A stretch of 64,000 bases of DNA from positions 35,030,001 through 35,094,000 of the forward strand of contig OZ241829.1 in assembly GCA_965202585.1 (NCBI GenBank). The letters run 5' to 3'. Shown piece by piece: positions 53,615 through 64,000 of this stretch (position 1 is its first letter; each line of letters opens with the position of its first letter). The notes below the pieces were generated by a model. It was not told the DNA's origin, did not search any database, and worked only from the letters and a program-made list of their open reading frames with translations. Source of the stretch: Thalia democratica. Lineage: Eukaryota. The position numbers and the translations under genes were made by a program.

Positions 53615-54430
53615 AACTTTATGATAAAACTTAAATACTATAGTTGGTTAGTTTTAAATATCTGATTCAGATTATTTAGATTTCAGATATTACTATGGAA
53701 AATTTACTGTTTTAGCATTAACATTATAAACGTACTTTTGAAATATAGAACAATATAAATTAGTTTAAGTTAAATGCCAAACAAGTATAAAAATAAAATG
53801 TCAATATATCGACGTCGTAATTGAAAAGCTAAAATTACATTGCCAGTTTTTGTAGAACATTAGAAGAAAATCTTGAAAAATTAAAAACAAACATTTAAAA
53901 AAAATATCATGCTTGAAGATTTGCGGCTATCACATATATTTTATTTATATCTATCTATCTGAAAGTGGCTATCTTGAAGAACTTTATTTGTATAACTACA
54001 AATTATAGTTTAAATATGTTGCACAATCTTAAATTATTTACTATACTAGCGTTTCTACTCAAAGTATTATACAAGTTTGTATTAAGTTTTCTTTCAATTC
54101 CAACTTTTGTATTTTATTAACAAAACAATGTTTCAATCGTTTGAACTCAATCAAACGAGATCATCAGTTGAATAAAAACTGTAAATATTTTTATATAAAT
54201 ATGCAAGAAGAAATTAGGCTAAACTTGAAATAAAAATATAAATAAAACTGGTATTTATGTGTAAAAAAAATAAAATAAAACTTATAGTTTAAAGCTTTCA
54301 AATTAGGAAAAACATAATATTACCAGGTTATTTTATGTTAATGTTATAAAATGTAAGCTATCAATAGTATTATAAATTCAAAAACTTAAACAAATAAACA
54401 TACTTACAATTAGCTTACATACTTAGAATT

Positions 54431-54555
54431 ACTCAGTTTTGGTCAAAGACCTCTTCAGTGCTTATTAAAAAGTTTTATTCAAGTAGAAGATTTTTTTTCT
54501 ATTTGAATAAGATTTTTTAAATAAGCACTGAAGAGGTCTTTGACCGAAACTGAGT
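54431..54555. repeat. ~125-bp hairpin (head-to-head inverted duplication of a hammerhead-containing sequence)
   Basis: ACTCAGTTTTGGTCAAAGACCTCTTCAGTGCTTATT is the reverse complement (1 mismatch) of AATAAGCACTGAAGAGGTCTTTGACCGAAACTGAGT; the inner segments also pair imperfectly. Confidence 0.9.
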
Positions 54556-54561
54556 CTGCTT
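54523..54561 (+). ncRNA. Minimal type I hammerhead ribozyme
   Basis: Stem I AAGCA/TGCTT; core CTGAAGA; stem II GGTC-TTT-GACC; core GAAA; minimal stem III AC-TGA-GT; cleavage triplet GTC (cut after 54556). Confidence 0.8.
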
Positions 54562-54905
54562 TTGAATATCTTGAAATAATTTAATAAATTTAATTTTTCC
54601 TCTAGAAGTTGAGATCTTTTTATTAGTTTTCGAAAACTAAAACATATAAAACTTACCATTACTAAGTTTTCTTTTACAGACAGTCTCTCAAAAGTTATGA
54701 CATCATAAAAACAAACTAATTTGAAACTATTTTCAACTGTTTCTAAGTAGTGCTTAACTCAAAAGTGAATCTTTAAAATTATAAAAAAATTTCACATGCT
54801 GTTATGGCAGTTGGCTGTTTATTCAAAATTCAGTAAGAAACCACAGTTAAATCCACTAACATAAGAAAAAAAAATCTGGACAAACAATGTTTTTATTGAT
54901 TTTTT

Positions 54906-54995
54906 TCATTCCTTTTTCATCATTTTTTCAAAGGTCGCACATGCTTCAGGAAACCAGCCTAAACACGCCTTTACCAGGTACTGAAGTATTCGAGC
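54906..54995 (-). other. Candidate isolated terminal coding exon (ARILQYLVKACLGWFPEACATFEKMMKKE*)
   Basis: CAG acceptor at 54996-54998, 29 open codons, TGA, AATAAA ~9 nt after the stop; no upstream exon could be linked. Confidence 0.2.
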
Positions 54996-55965
54996 CTGTT
55001 TAAATAACTTTGTTTTCAATTACTTATTTCATTACTATTTTCAATATTATTACGCCTAACTATACTTAAAAAGCAAAATACATGAGAATCCCATTATTAA
55101 AAAATGCGTTCTAATTGAAACTTTTAGTACTGTTGTTAAATTTCATCTTTATAATATTTTGGTAAAAACAAAGTTTAGCAAAAAGTTAAGGCAAAGTTTT
55201 TATATAACGCAAAAAAGCAACACTTTGTCAAAAAAGTATAAGATCATTCAAACCTAGCTAAAAATTCTTACTCGTATTATTAAAAAAAAGTTGTGTACTT
55301 ACATCTTCAGACTAGTTCTAACTTCAAAAAAATAAAAAACTTTATGTAATTTTATATATATACTTAATTTAAAAGGCATAAAACTGTAATTAATACTTAC
55401 AAAAATAAGTTTTCTTTCAAATAAGTGATTGTTATATAACTAAGTACCTTTTGTTATTACATTATGTGGTTTGTAATAAAATGTTACATATGTTAGTATA
55501 TTTTAATTTCTCTTGTAGGATCTGTTATACTGATTTCAACTCATGCAAAAGCAGCATTTATAAAAAAAGATAACATTAAGAAATGTTTTTATTTGTGTTC
55601 GAACAAAAACAGTAAAAACAGTTCATTTATAACACAAGAACATTTTTTGATTTATATAATATAGGTAAAAAGATATATATAGAATAAAAGAAAATGTTAA
55701 TAATTTTTTTGGTTTAAAATAAACAAAAACTTTAAAAGTAATTGGTTAATGAAAAAATACAAATAACTAAGATATCGGATTTAAAGTTAGGCAAAGTTGT
55801 AAAAAAAATTATAGTTTGAGAACATCTGACTTCGATATTTGCAAAGTCTTACCTTTCCTAAAACCAGTCTAATTAAGCGCTTAAAAGTAACTTAAAACCA
55901 TTAATTAAGATCAAATTAGCTTTTGAATACTCTTAGGTTATCATGCGATAAAGCAATTATGTCGC

Positions 55966-56052
55966 TTATTAAACGATAAAAAAGCGCTCAAAAAGTTTGG
56001 TCTAGGGACCTGGTGTACAAAGAAATCATTCGGTTATCGAGTCGTACACCAC
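55966..56052 (-). mobile_element. SINE-like repeat copy G
   Basis: TTATTAAACGATAAAAAAGCGCTCAAAAAGTTTGGTCTAGGGACCTGGTGTACAAAGAAATCATTCGGTTATCGAGTCGTACACCAC; perfect stem TGGTGTAC/GTACACCA. Confidence 0.72.
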
Positions 56053-57166
56053 TCGTACACAATAAACAACCTTTAAGAGTTTGTTGTGCATCAAACTTTA
56101 AATATTTTAAAATATTTTTTTAAATTAAAATTTTTCTCGTTTTTTTCGATAGTTATAAAACAAAGCGTTTTAACTTTATCTTTTTTCTAAGTATAATAAG
56201 TCTGTTAAACACCTGAAACAATTTTTTGAAAAACCTTTCTTTCATTAACATATTATACAAAAACTAAGTCAGTGGCAAAAAAAAAGGAAGTTAAAAAACA
56301 AATACTCACAAAGAGAAATGTTTATATTTAAAATAAAAAGACAACAGAACTTTTTCAAAGTGCAACTATTTTTTAATTATAAAAAACCCAATTCAAAAAT
56401 TTGTTACTGTACAGTTTAATTCCTACTAATAATCTCAAATTTCGCGTACTTCATACCAACTGGAAACGTGTCTAAAATGTTAAATCAAAGTCAAATTTTA
56501 GTTTAATATACTGATAAAGTATGATGAACTTGTAGTATAGTTTGTAATATCTTTTATATAAAATAAATAAAACAACTGTATAGAAGGCAAACTGTTCGAA
56601 GTTATTCACTAGTAAAAACATTTAGCGAGCGTTAGTTTTGTTAATGCTTTGTACTTATTTAAAACATTTAAACTCGAACTTTATTTTTTGATTTGTAACT
56701 TTAACTTGCTTTTGACTTAATAACTAATTTTTAACTTTTTATACTTATACTTTCAAGTTTGGTATAGTTACATTATCTAAAAAAATTTAACCGCTGATTT
56801 CGCATATGAAACATGTTTACCTAAAAACTAAAACTCTTCTTTCTATACACTTAAAGAAGAACATTTTGTGTTTTTAAATGCGTGGTTTTTAAAATAAATG
56901 ATTAGAATTTAGAATCTTGATAAAAAGTATTTCTTTTTAAAATTATTTAGTGAACCTTTGCCTAGTTTAAAACTTTTGAATAGTATAGTTTTAGAAGCTT
57001 AGTTCTCTACAAAGTTGTTAATGCATTAAAGTCTTTTAGCAAAGTATAAACTACTCTATACATTAATTAAGTTACAGTTGTTTATTCAGCGAAAAAAATT
57101 TTCCCAGTTTAAGTTGGTTAGATAAAAGTTATTGGTAAAAACTGGTTGAGCCAGCTGTACTTTCTC

Positions 57167-60100
57167 TTAAGAACTTTCCAACACGTGATCGATCAAGTGA
57201 AGGGTGAACTCACCAGCGTCTAGCGGCACCATGTGGCCGGCTTTCAGCACCCACCAGAACTCAAAATTCTCTTGAGCTTTCGAGTAACCGCCTGTGTCTT
57301 GACCTGTTTTCAGATTTTTACTTTAGTAAAGAATTTTGAATATCACATAGATTTTCTTAACATCTCAGAGAAGTTTACAATAGGACTGTTTGAGAAAAAA
57401 CAATTTCTCATTTTATTATGGGTACTTAGCTTTTAAATGATTTGTTTACGTTTATAACAAACACAAGATCTTTGTTGTTCACTTAATGAAAATGTATAGA
57501 AGTCACCATAACTAAAGTTTAACATATCATTTTGTGATAGTTTATAAAAATTGTTAACATAAATTATTGATAATAAAAATAAAGTTAAAGTATAAAACGT
57601 TAACTATTTAAAGATTTTTTTGGCTTATCTTTACTTGTCTTCCACCATAAAAAATTAAATCGTTATAAACCCTTATAAGCAAATTCAGGTGTCCACTTTT
57701 TACTGGAAAATTCTTGAAGTTTGTTCCATTGCAATCTCTTGACCCACATTTCCTGTCCTTAAAGTTATATATTTGTTGATACTGCTAGCTTTTACAAACA
57801 TTTTATGCATTGAAATTATACCTTAAAGAAAAAAAAACTTGATATAGTGCTATAAGTTTATTTTCTGAAACAAGTTAGTTTTCTGAAAAACTTTAGTTGA
57901 GAATAATTTAAAAAACTTTTCATAAAAACTTACCTGGAGTATCTACGATAAGATCAAGGTGACCATTGTAAACAACAACTAACATTCCAGTATCAATAAG
58001 CTGATCAACTAGAAAAAAAAAACATATTTACTAAAGGTTAGTCATAACTTGTTTTAAATAAACTTAGATTTGCAAAATTTCGAAACAAATATGTTTTTCA
58101 TGGTTTTATTAGTCAAAAAAATCACATTAAAATGTCTTAAAACTTAATACCATTACAACTTAAATAAAACATTAACACTTAGTATTTTATATCTTGAAAC
58201 CAAAAAACATTCTTATATAATGTTAAGTCGTTTTATAAAAGGTACAAAAAACGTATTTTTTAGACTAGAGTTTTTCTTAAATTACGTGATATTTTGTCTT
58301 TAAAAAGTTTTCTTTTTAATACATTTATCTAAAACTAAGAAAATATAAAATAGATGAAGTTTATCTATTCGTGAAAGCTAACGTTATAATGAGTGTACTG
58401 GTTACAACTAATTTAATATATTAGATTGTTTCAAATTTATTAAGTATTTCTAAAGTATATATCTCTTCGATAGTTTATAAAACTAGCCTGTATCGACTAT
58501 ATCTTTCATGAAATCTCCAGCTTGATATTGGAACACAAAACCACTTTGGCCTCCCCAAGTAACTTCATCAGGGATTCCCAAATAAGTTTTGACGTATCCG
58601 TTCATGAGAAGGTCCAATGGATCAGCTGCGTACTTTCCGATATTTGTTTTGTATCCTTGAACTGTTGAAACAATTTGAATTTAAATCAAATTTAATTTTA
58701 GTAATTTACAAAGACAAAAATTTCTTAGTACCAAAACTAATTATTTTTAAAAGAAAAATGTTGTTTTTGAAGTCAACGTTTAGTTGATTACACCTAAACA
58801 ATCTTACAAAATCTTGACTAATAAAAAGCTACTGCACGCTAAACAAAAATATAGGAGTTATGAAACCAAATCAAAGAATTTTACATAGACTGTTGTTGCT
58901 GGTTTTGCAGTGCAGTATAAAGCTGTATTTACATTAAAATAAATGCTATATACCCTTTTTACGAGACAAAACACTTTGTTTTTGCTAAGTGTATAGAAAG
59001 CTAGTACAGTTAGTGTTTTTTTTGTTAGCCAAAGTTTTGTTAAAATGTGTAAATGGTGTACAAAACATCCCAGCTTATCTTAAACAATCTGAAATAGCTG
59101 TTAGGAGTAAATATAGTGCATTTTTAATAAAATTAAAAACATATTGTAAAATAAAAAAATTAATTAACATAAAATATAATAAACGTGTTTACTTGCAAGA
59201 TTAATACCTTAATTAATATAACAGTCTAACCAAGATCTTTTCTCATTGATCTGATGTTTTGTTCAGTTCTTCTTGATGTAGTTGGGTGATGTGGAGCAAG
59301 AATATTGTAGAAATCAACATTGTCAGTGTTTGCCATAATCTGACAACATTTTTGCTTAATTTTACTGGCTCAAAGCTTACAGTTAAATTATATATTTCTA
59401 TAAAAATATTACTAATAAGCGTTTTAGTTGTGTTTGATAAAAACACTAACCAAAGCATTGTGCTAAATTATCTCTTGTTTAGATTATATATTGTTTAAGT
59501 TTACTTTAATGATGGTAAGCTAGAGCAATTTTATAATAAATTTTTAACTTAAGCCCTATAATCCAAGTTAAATTAGTACTTTAAGTTTTTTTTTTGTTTT
59601 TATTAGTTTTCCTATAACTCACAATGCTCTCAGTCAAACTCCATCTGTTTGTCGCTGTTTCCCAGTCTCCATTGTCAACAGCCACCTGTGTAAGATCAGC
59701 TCCTGATTTCACTGCATTGTAACCGGTTTCATCAAGAAGTCCCTAAACATTGTCATTTTAAATTAGTATGAACTAAAATACATTTGTTTTATTTTTTTGC
59801 AATTTTTTTTACTGTTAAAGTCTTAATTAAAAATCCTACTTTATTAACAGTTAACATATTAAAATATACCCTATATGAATACGGAATCTATAAACTGACT
59901 GTTTCGTACAAGTATGGAGCCCAGGTGTTAACAGCATCCATTGGATGAATCCATGCATCTCCAAGACCAACTCCCTTTATGTTTACATTCATAGTACCAG
60001 CTTGATTTTCCTAAAAGTATACGATTACAGTCATAAGTTGTAGTAGCTGCTGCTTATCTTTTAAAGATAATTGTGATTAACCACTAGAAAAATAATTGAC

Positions 60101-61818
60101 GATTAAAAATGTTAATGTGTAAAATTTTAAAACTACTTATACTTTTTTCAAAGCATTAAACATACTACTAAATAATTTTAAACTTTAAAATCAAGGAAGG
60201 ATACGCGGCTAGCACGTAGAAAAACACTAAACACTAAAATTTTTAAGCGTACAAAATTCCGTTTTATTTGTAAAAAGTGAGTTTAAAATACTACTTTTAT
60301 CATAACATCACAACTATATAACTGCTCTAGATAAACTGAACATGAAAATCATATTACCTTATAAATTTCCAGTGCGGTAGCTGCTGCCATTTTGCCCCCG
60401 TAAGATTCACAAAAGATGTAAAATGGGTTTTTCTAAAAATATTATTTTTACAATGTTTAAAGCTAAAAGAAATAACAAGTGCGTATAAAATCTGCCTACG
60501 AGTAATTCTGGGTGCTTGCTGAAGAAACCTTTCAACAAAGCGACCATGTCATCAGCGATATCCTGGATGTTTCGAGTGTAGGCACTGGGGCTGGTCACGT
60601 AACTATAAACAAGTTTACAGTCATTAGAATAATGAAAACCAAAAAATCAAATGTTCCTGAGTGTTTTTTAAAACCAAAAAACTAAAACTGTAATTGCTTC
60701 AAAAAACCTCAGACATAAATTTCAAAAGCTTTACAAAAACCTGTATCCGCTTCCGACGGGGTTGTCTACGAACAAAGTGTGAGCAACACTTGTCCAAGAA
60801 GTGTCTCTTTTTTCCAGATTTATGTCCAGAGGTCCCAACTCCTCAAAATTTCCGTATCCGACTCCTGATGCTCCGGGTCCTCCCTGTTATATTCAATTAG
60901 TAAGTTTTGTTTCATTTCGTAACTTTTTTAAATATATTAGACATAAAAGTTAATTTATGCGTAGCTAACTTTTATCAACTATTCATTTTAGAGTAGACAC
61001 AAGTTGTACATAAACTTTATTAATTTTCTAACTAAAAATGTTCTAATAAATGAAGTTTAAAAACTTAAAAGATTAAAAGGCTGCTAAATAATAAAACTTA
61101 TAGCTTAAATTTGCTTAAACTGTCAACCGAGTTATTAAAAATTTACTGATTCTGGTATTTTCCTTCACAAGAGAATTACATTAAATTTACAAACATCAAA
61201 AACCAACTTGAAGCCACACGATAACCGGGATTTCTTCCGGGACGTCCATTACTTGAGTCGAGTAGTTGTCGTCCTGGTAGAACAGCCACCAGAACATGTG
61301 AGCGTGCTGACGAACCGTAACGTAACCCCAGTCCGATTGGATGTCGGCGAAAGGGTCGTCCGCCTTGACGTCATCGCGAATTACGCGCGCATACGTAGCT
61401 GCTGTAGAACGAAAAAAATTTAAAGCGTACTATGTTTGTTTATTAACCGAAACAAAAAGCACTCGAAATATTTGGTCCTTGAACCAGGTGCACAAAAAAA
61501 AATTCGGTTACTAAGCCGTGCACTGTTTAATATCTAAATTATGTTTTAGTTAAAGCTTGTTGCCTAGCTTTTTTAGAGTATAAAACATAACTTTTAAAAT
61601 TCATTAAAAGGTTTGTAAATGCACTTAGTTTTAGAAACATGTTTAATCTCTATTCAAAAAAAAATATTCTTACCTACAACTAAAAGAGTAACAAAAAAAA
61701 AATTTACAATTCATTAAAAGGTTTGTAAATGCACTTAGTTTTATAAACATGTTTAATCTCTGTTCAAAATAAAAATATTCTTACCTACAACTAAAAGAAA
61801 TACAAAGTGATACTTCAT
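57167..61818 (-). CDS. SCPEP1: Serine carboxypeptidase 1 (retinoid-inducible serine carboxypeptidase, peptidase S10), complete, ~453 aa
   Basis: 12 exons (minus) 61785-61818, 61208-61401, 60741-60883, 60500-60602, 60358-60432, 59900-60010, 59623-59742, 59231-59339, 58488-58661, 57934-58008, 57671-57757, 57167-57303 = 1362 nt. Signal peptide MKYHFVFLLVVAATYA; WGYVTVR..AHMFWWL; WLQGGPG; FVDNPVGSGYSY; ESYGG (Ser); YNGHLDLIVDT (Asp); KAGHMVP (His). Confidence 0.95.
61440..61523 (-). mobile_element. SINE-like repeat copy H (in SCPEP1 intron 1)
   Basis: TTATTAACCGAAACAAAAAGCACTCGAAATATTTGGTCCTTGAACCAGGTGCACAAAAAAAAATTCGGTTACTAAGCCGTGCAC. Confidence 0.6.
61598..61798. repeat. Tandem duplication (~110-bp period) spanning the SCPEP1 exon 1 donor and the start of intron 1
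   Basis: AATTCATTAAAAGGTTTGTAAATGCACTTAGTTTTA...AATATTCTTACCTACAACTAAAAGA occurs at 61598 and 61708. Confidence 0.9.
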
Positions 61819-64000
61819 ATTGAATTCTATTTAATCCTGTAAAATTTTTCAAAAATTTTTTTACTTAAGAAATAAAACTACTAAAATACAAGTTAACATG
61901 TGTCTGAAAACATGTTTAAATTTCTTATTTCTCTTAAATTTTTTTGAAAACGTTAGTAACTATCTATTTTTTAACTACTACTTTGCTTCTGATGTCAAAT
62001 AAAGCAAAAAATGTAAAAATTGTTTATTTTTCTACTTTTTTATCTGTTTTTCTTTTAACTTTTTCATTAAACAATTTAACTAAACAATTGTTATTAAAAT
62101 ATATATATTTAACTTGAGTTAAAAATTTGTAAGTTTATACGGTTTTACATTTTTAAAATATAAATAGCTCTAATGTAGTTTTTTTAGCACTGTATTGTGT
62201 TTTAAGAAGAACAATTTGAGCAATTGTTTATATTTTAGTGCTTATAAGCCAACTACGTCTTCGAGATATTAAAAACATGAAAAACATAGCTGTAGAAAAA
62301 TACATCATAAACATATGCTATTTTCTCAGAATGTAAGTTTGTTAGTCTAGATTAAACAAAAACAATTACTTAAGGTAAATACAAACTTTATAATTTTTAT
62401 TAAAATTTTGTAAATATTTACTTTTAAATGCATTAAAGTATAATAATAATAGGTGTAGATTTATAGCATTTATTTTAAGGAAACTAAAAGCATCAAAAAA
62501 AATTAAAGAATTTACGTAACCAAGGTAAATGCTTTTAAGCTTCAAGTTTTTATCATGAACATTAGTCTACAAAAACATTTATTTATAACTAAACCATTGT
62601 TTTAAATATAGCATCCATTTAACGAACTTTATACTTTAGTGTACAAAAACTATTCAATTTTTTAATGATAAAAACATTTAACAGGTATTTTGTATCTAAA
62701 CTAATGGTGTTTCAAAAAACAAACCTGTTTTTAAGGAAACTGTTTCATTCTAACAAATTTTATGTTTTACTTGCTTAACATTTATTAATAATCATTAAAA
62801 ACATTTTATATTTGTAGTAATAGTTTTTTCATGATAGTTTTAATACAAATATCAGGAAAACGTTTTTAGACCTAGGTTAATCCTATATCTTTATTTCTAC
62901 ACTTACTGGGTCAACAATTTCTATGATTGCAGTTGTAGCAACAAATTGTAGCACTGATTAAAAATTTTGCCGTTTAATTTTTTTACTGATTTAAAGATTT
63001 CAAATTTTTTTAAACAAAAACAAAAAGCTGTAGTCGTGACATGTGTTAGACGATTTTTAAACCTAAACAAATATATTTACTTGTCTAATTGTTGTGCAAC
63101 AAATAACTAAATGTGTTTAGTTTCTAATTTGCTTTTTGAATATTTTTCGTAATAGTAACTATGTTGTAACTTAACTCGTAAGTATTTTTTATGATGTCTC
63201 AGTGTACTTTTTTACTTTAATGTTTGCCACAGTATGTTTTATAAAAAATTATACCTAGTTGTTTGACTTAAAACCATCATTAAAAAAAAATTAAGTAAAG
63301 ATAAGTATTAATCGATAAGATCTTTTAGACTAAATATTGTACTATAAAAATTCTTAAACATTATTAAGAATAATAAAAAAGAAAATGATGGCCTAAAACA
63401 AAAACAACTTTCGTCTAAACTAAAACTTATAAGCTAAGGCTAGCTAAATAAAACTTATAAGCTTTAGGTTTAGAAAAAAATTGAGACGATAGTTAAATTT
63501 ACTACAAACTTTTATTTTAATAAATCAAAAGGGTGTATAAACTTATGGTAAGTAAAAAAAAACCTTGACAAAATTTTTACTAGTTATATTTATTCATGTG
63601 TTAACAGTTTTTTTTCTATCGCTTTAACTATTGTTTTCACTATTCTATGACCAAACAGCATACGCCTTCTTTACTTCAAGATATAGTTAGTTTTATATTG
63701 AATACTTTCATTATTTTTTAAAGTTCAAAGAATAAAACAACATATTATTTTCAACAAAAAACAGAGTAAAAAATCAAGTAAATAAATGGACAATAAGAGA
63801 TTATAGCAAGTAGTTATAGATTTGAATGCTTTAGAGTTAGAATATAAAAATATATGATTAAATTTGTTAAAAACCAGTCTTTAGTGTAATTTTTTACATA
63901 TTGTTGAAACTAATATTGATCTTACAAAAGTAAATCAAAAAAATTATAATGAAAACATGTAGTATAAATACAAAGCAAAAAAAACTACAAGTATGGTTTC

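Noticed and set aside
55519-55670. Strong plus-strand acceptor followed by a signal-peptide-like frame (SVILISTHAKAAF...)
   Set aside because: No upstream exon or ATG and no homology recognised; the remainder is AT-rich low-information sequence.
56011-56052. tRNA gene suggested by GGTTATCGAGTC...ACCA in the dispersed repeat
   Set aside because: No cloverleaf, D-arm or anticodon arm can be drawn; treated as part of the SINE-like repeat.
62907-62953. 47-nt exon-like segment on the minus strand (CAG|...LQFVATTAIIEIVDP|GTAAGT)
   Set aside because: It cannot be joined in frame to SCPEP1 or any other exon in the window. It may be a 5'-UTR exon or chance, so it is not supportable as a feature.

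Overview
AT-rich eukaryotic (animal) genomic DNA with GC-richer exons. The gene set and architectures suggest an invertebrate, possibly a tunicate (inference only). Six genes were reconstructed by hand with phase-consistent exon chains: a 5'-incomplete ROR-family receptor tyrosine (pseudo)kinase (+, 15 exons), an intronless carbonyl reductase (-), an intronless homogentisate 1,2-dioxygenase (+), a secreted short-collagen/coiled-coil/CASPR-type fibrinogen-domain protein (-, 5 exons), an integrin alpha subunit (+, 20 visible exons, N-terminus not found) and serine carboxypeptidase SCPEP1/RISC (-, 12 exons, complete). The standout is the integrin: its transmembrane exon splices in frame to one 4.75-kb exon encoding a ~1,583-aa cytoplasmic tail. 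The GFFKR motif is replaced, and the tail ends in 232 tandem DDK(A/P)A pentapeptides. Other notable items are an unusual splice-site dialect (many GTT donors, two GCTAGT GC-AG donors, 10 of 50 acceptors AAG), a Penelope-like retroelement remnant with inverted arms, a complete minimal hammerhead ribozyme inside a hairpin, hAT and Mutator-like/foldback elements with target-site duplications, and an 8-copy structured SINE-like repeat. All exon models are hand predictions without transcript data, and comparisons to human proteins are from memory.
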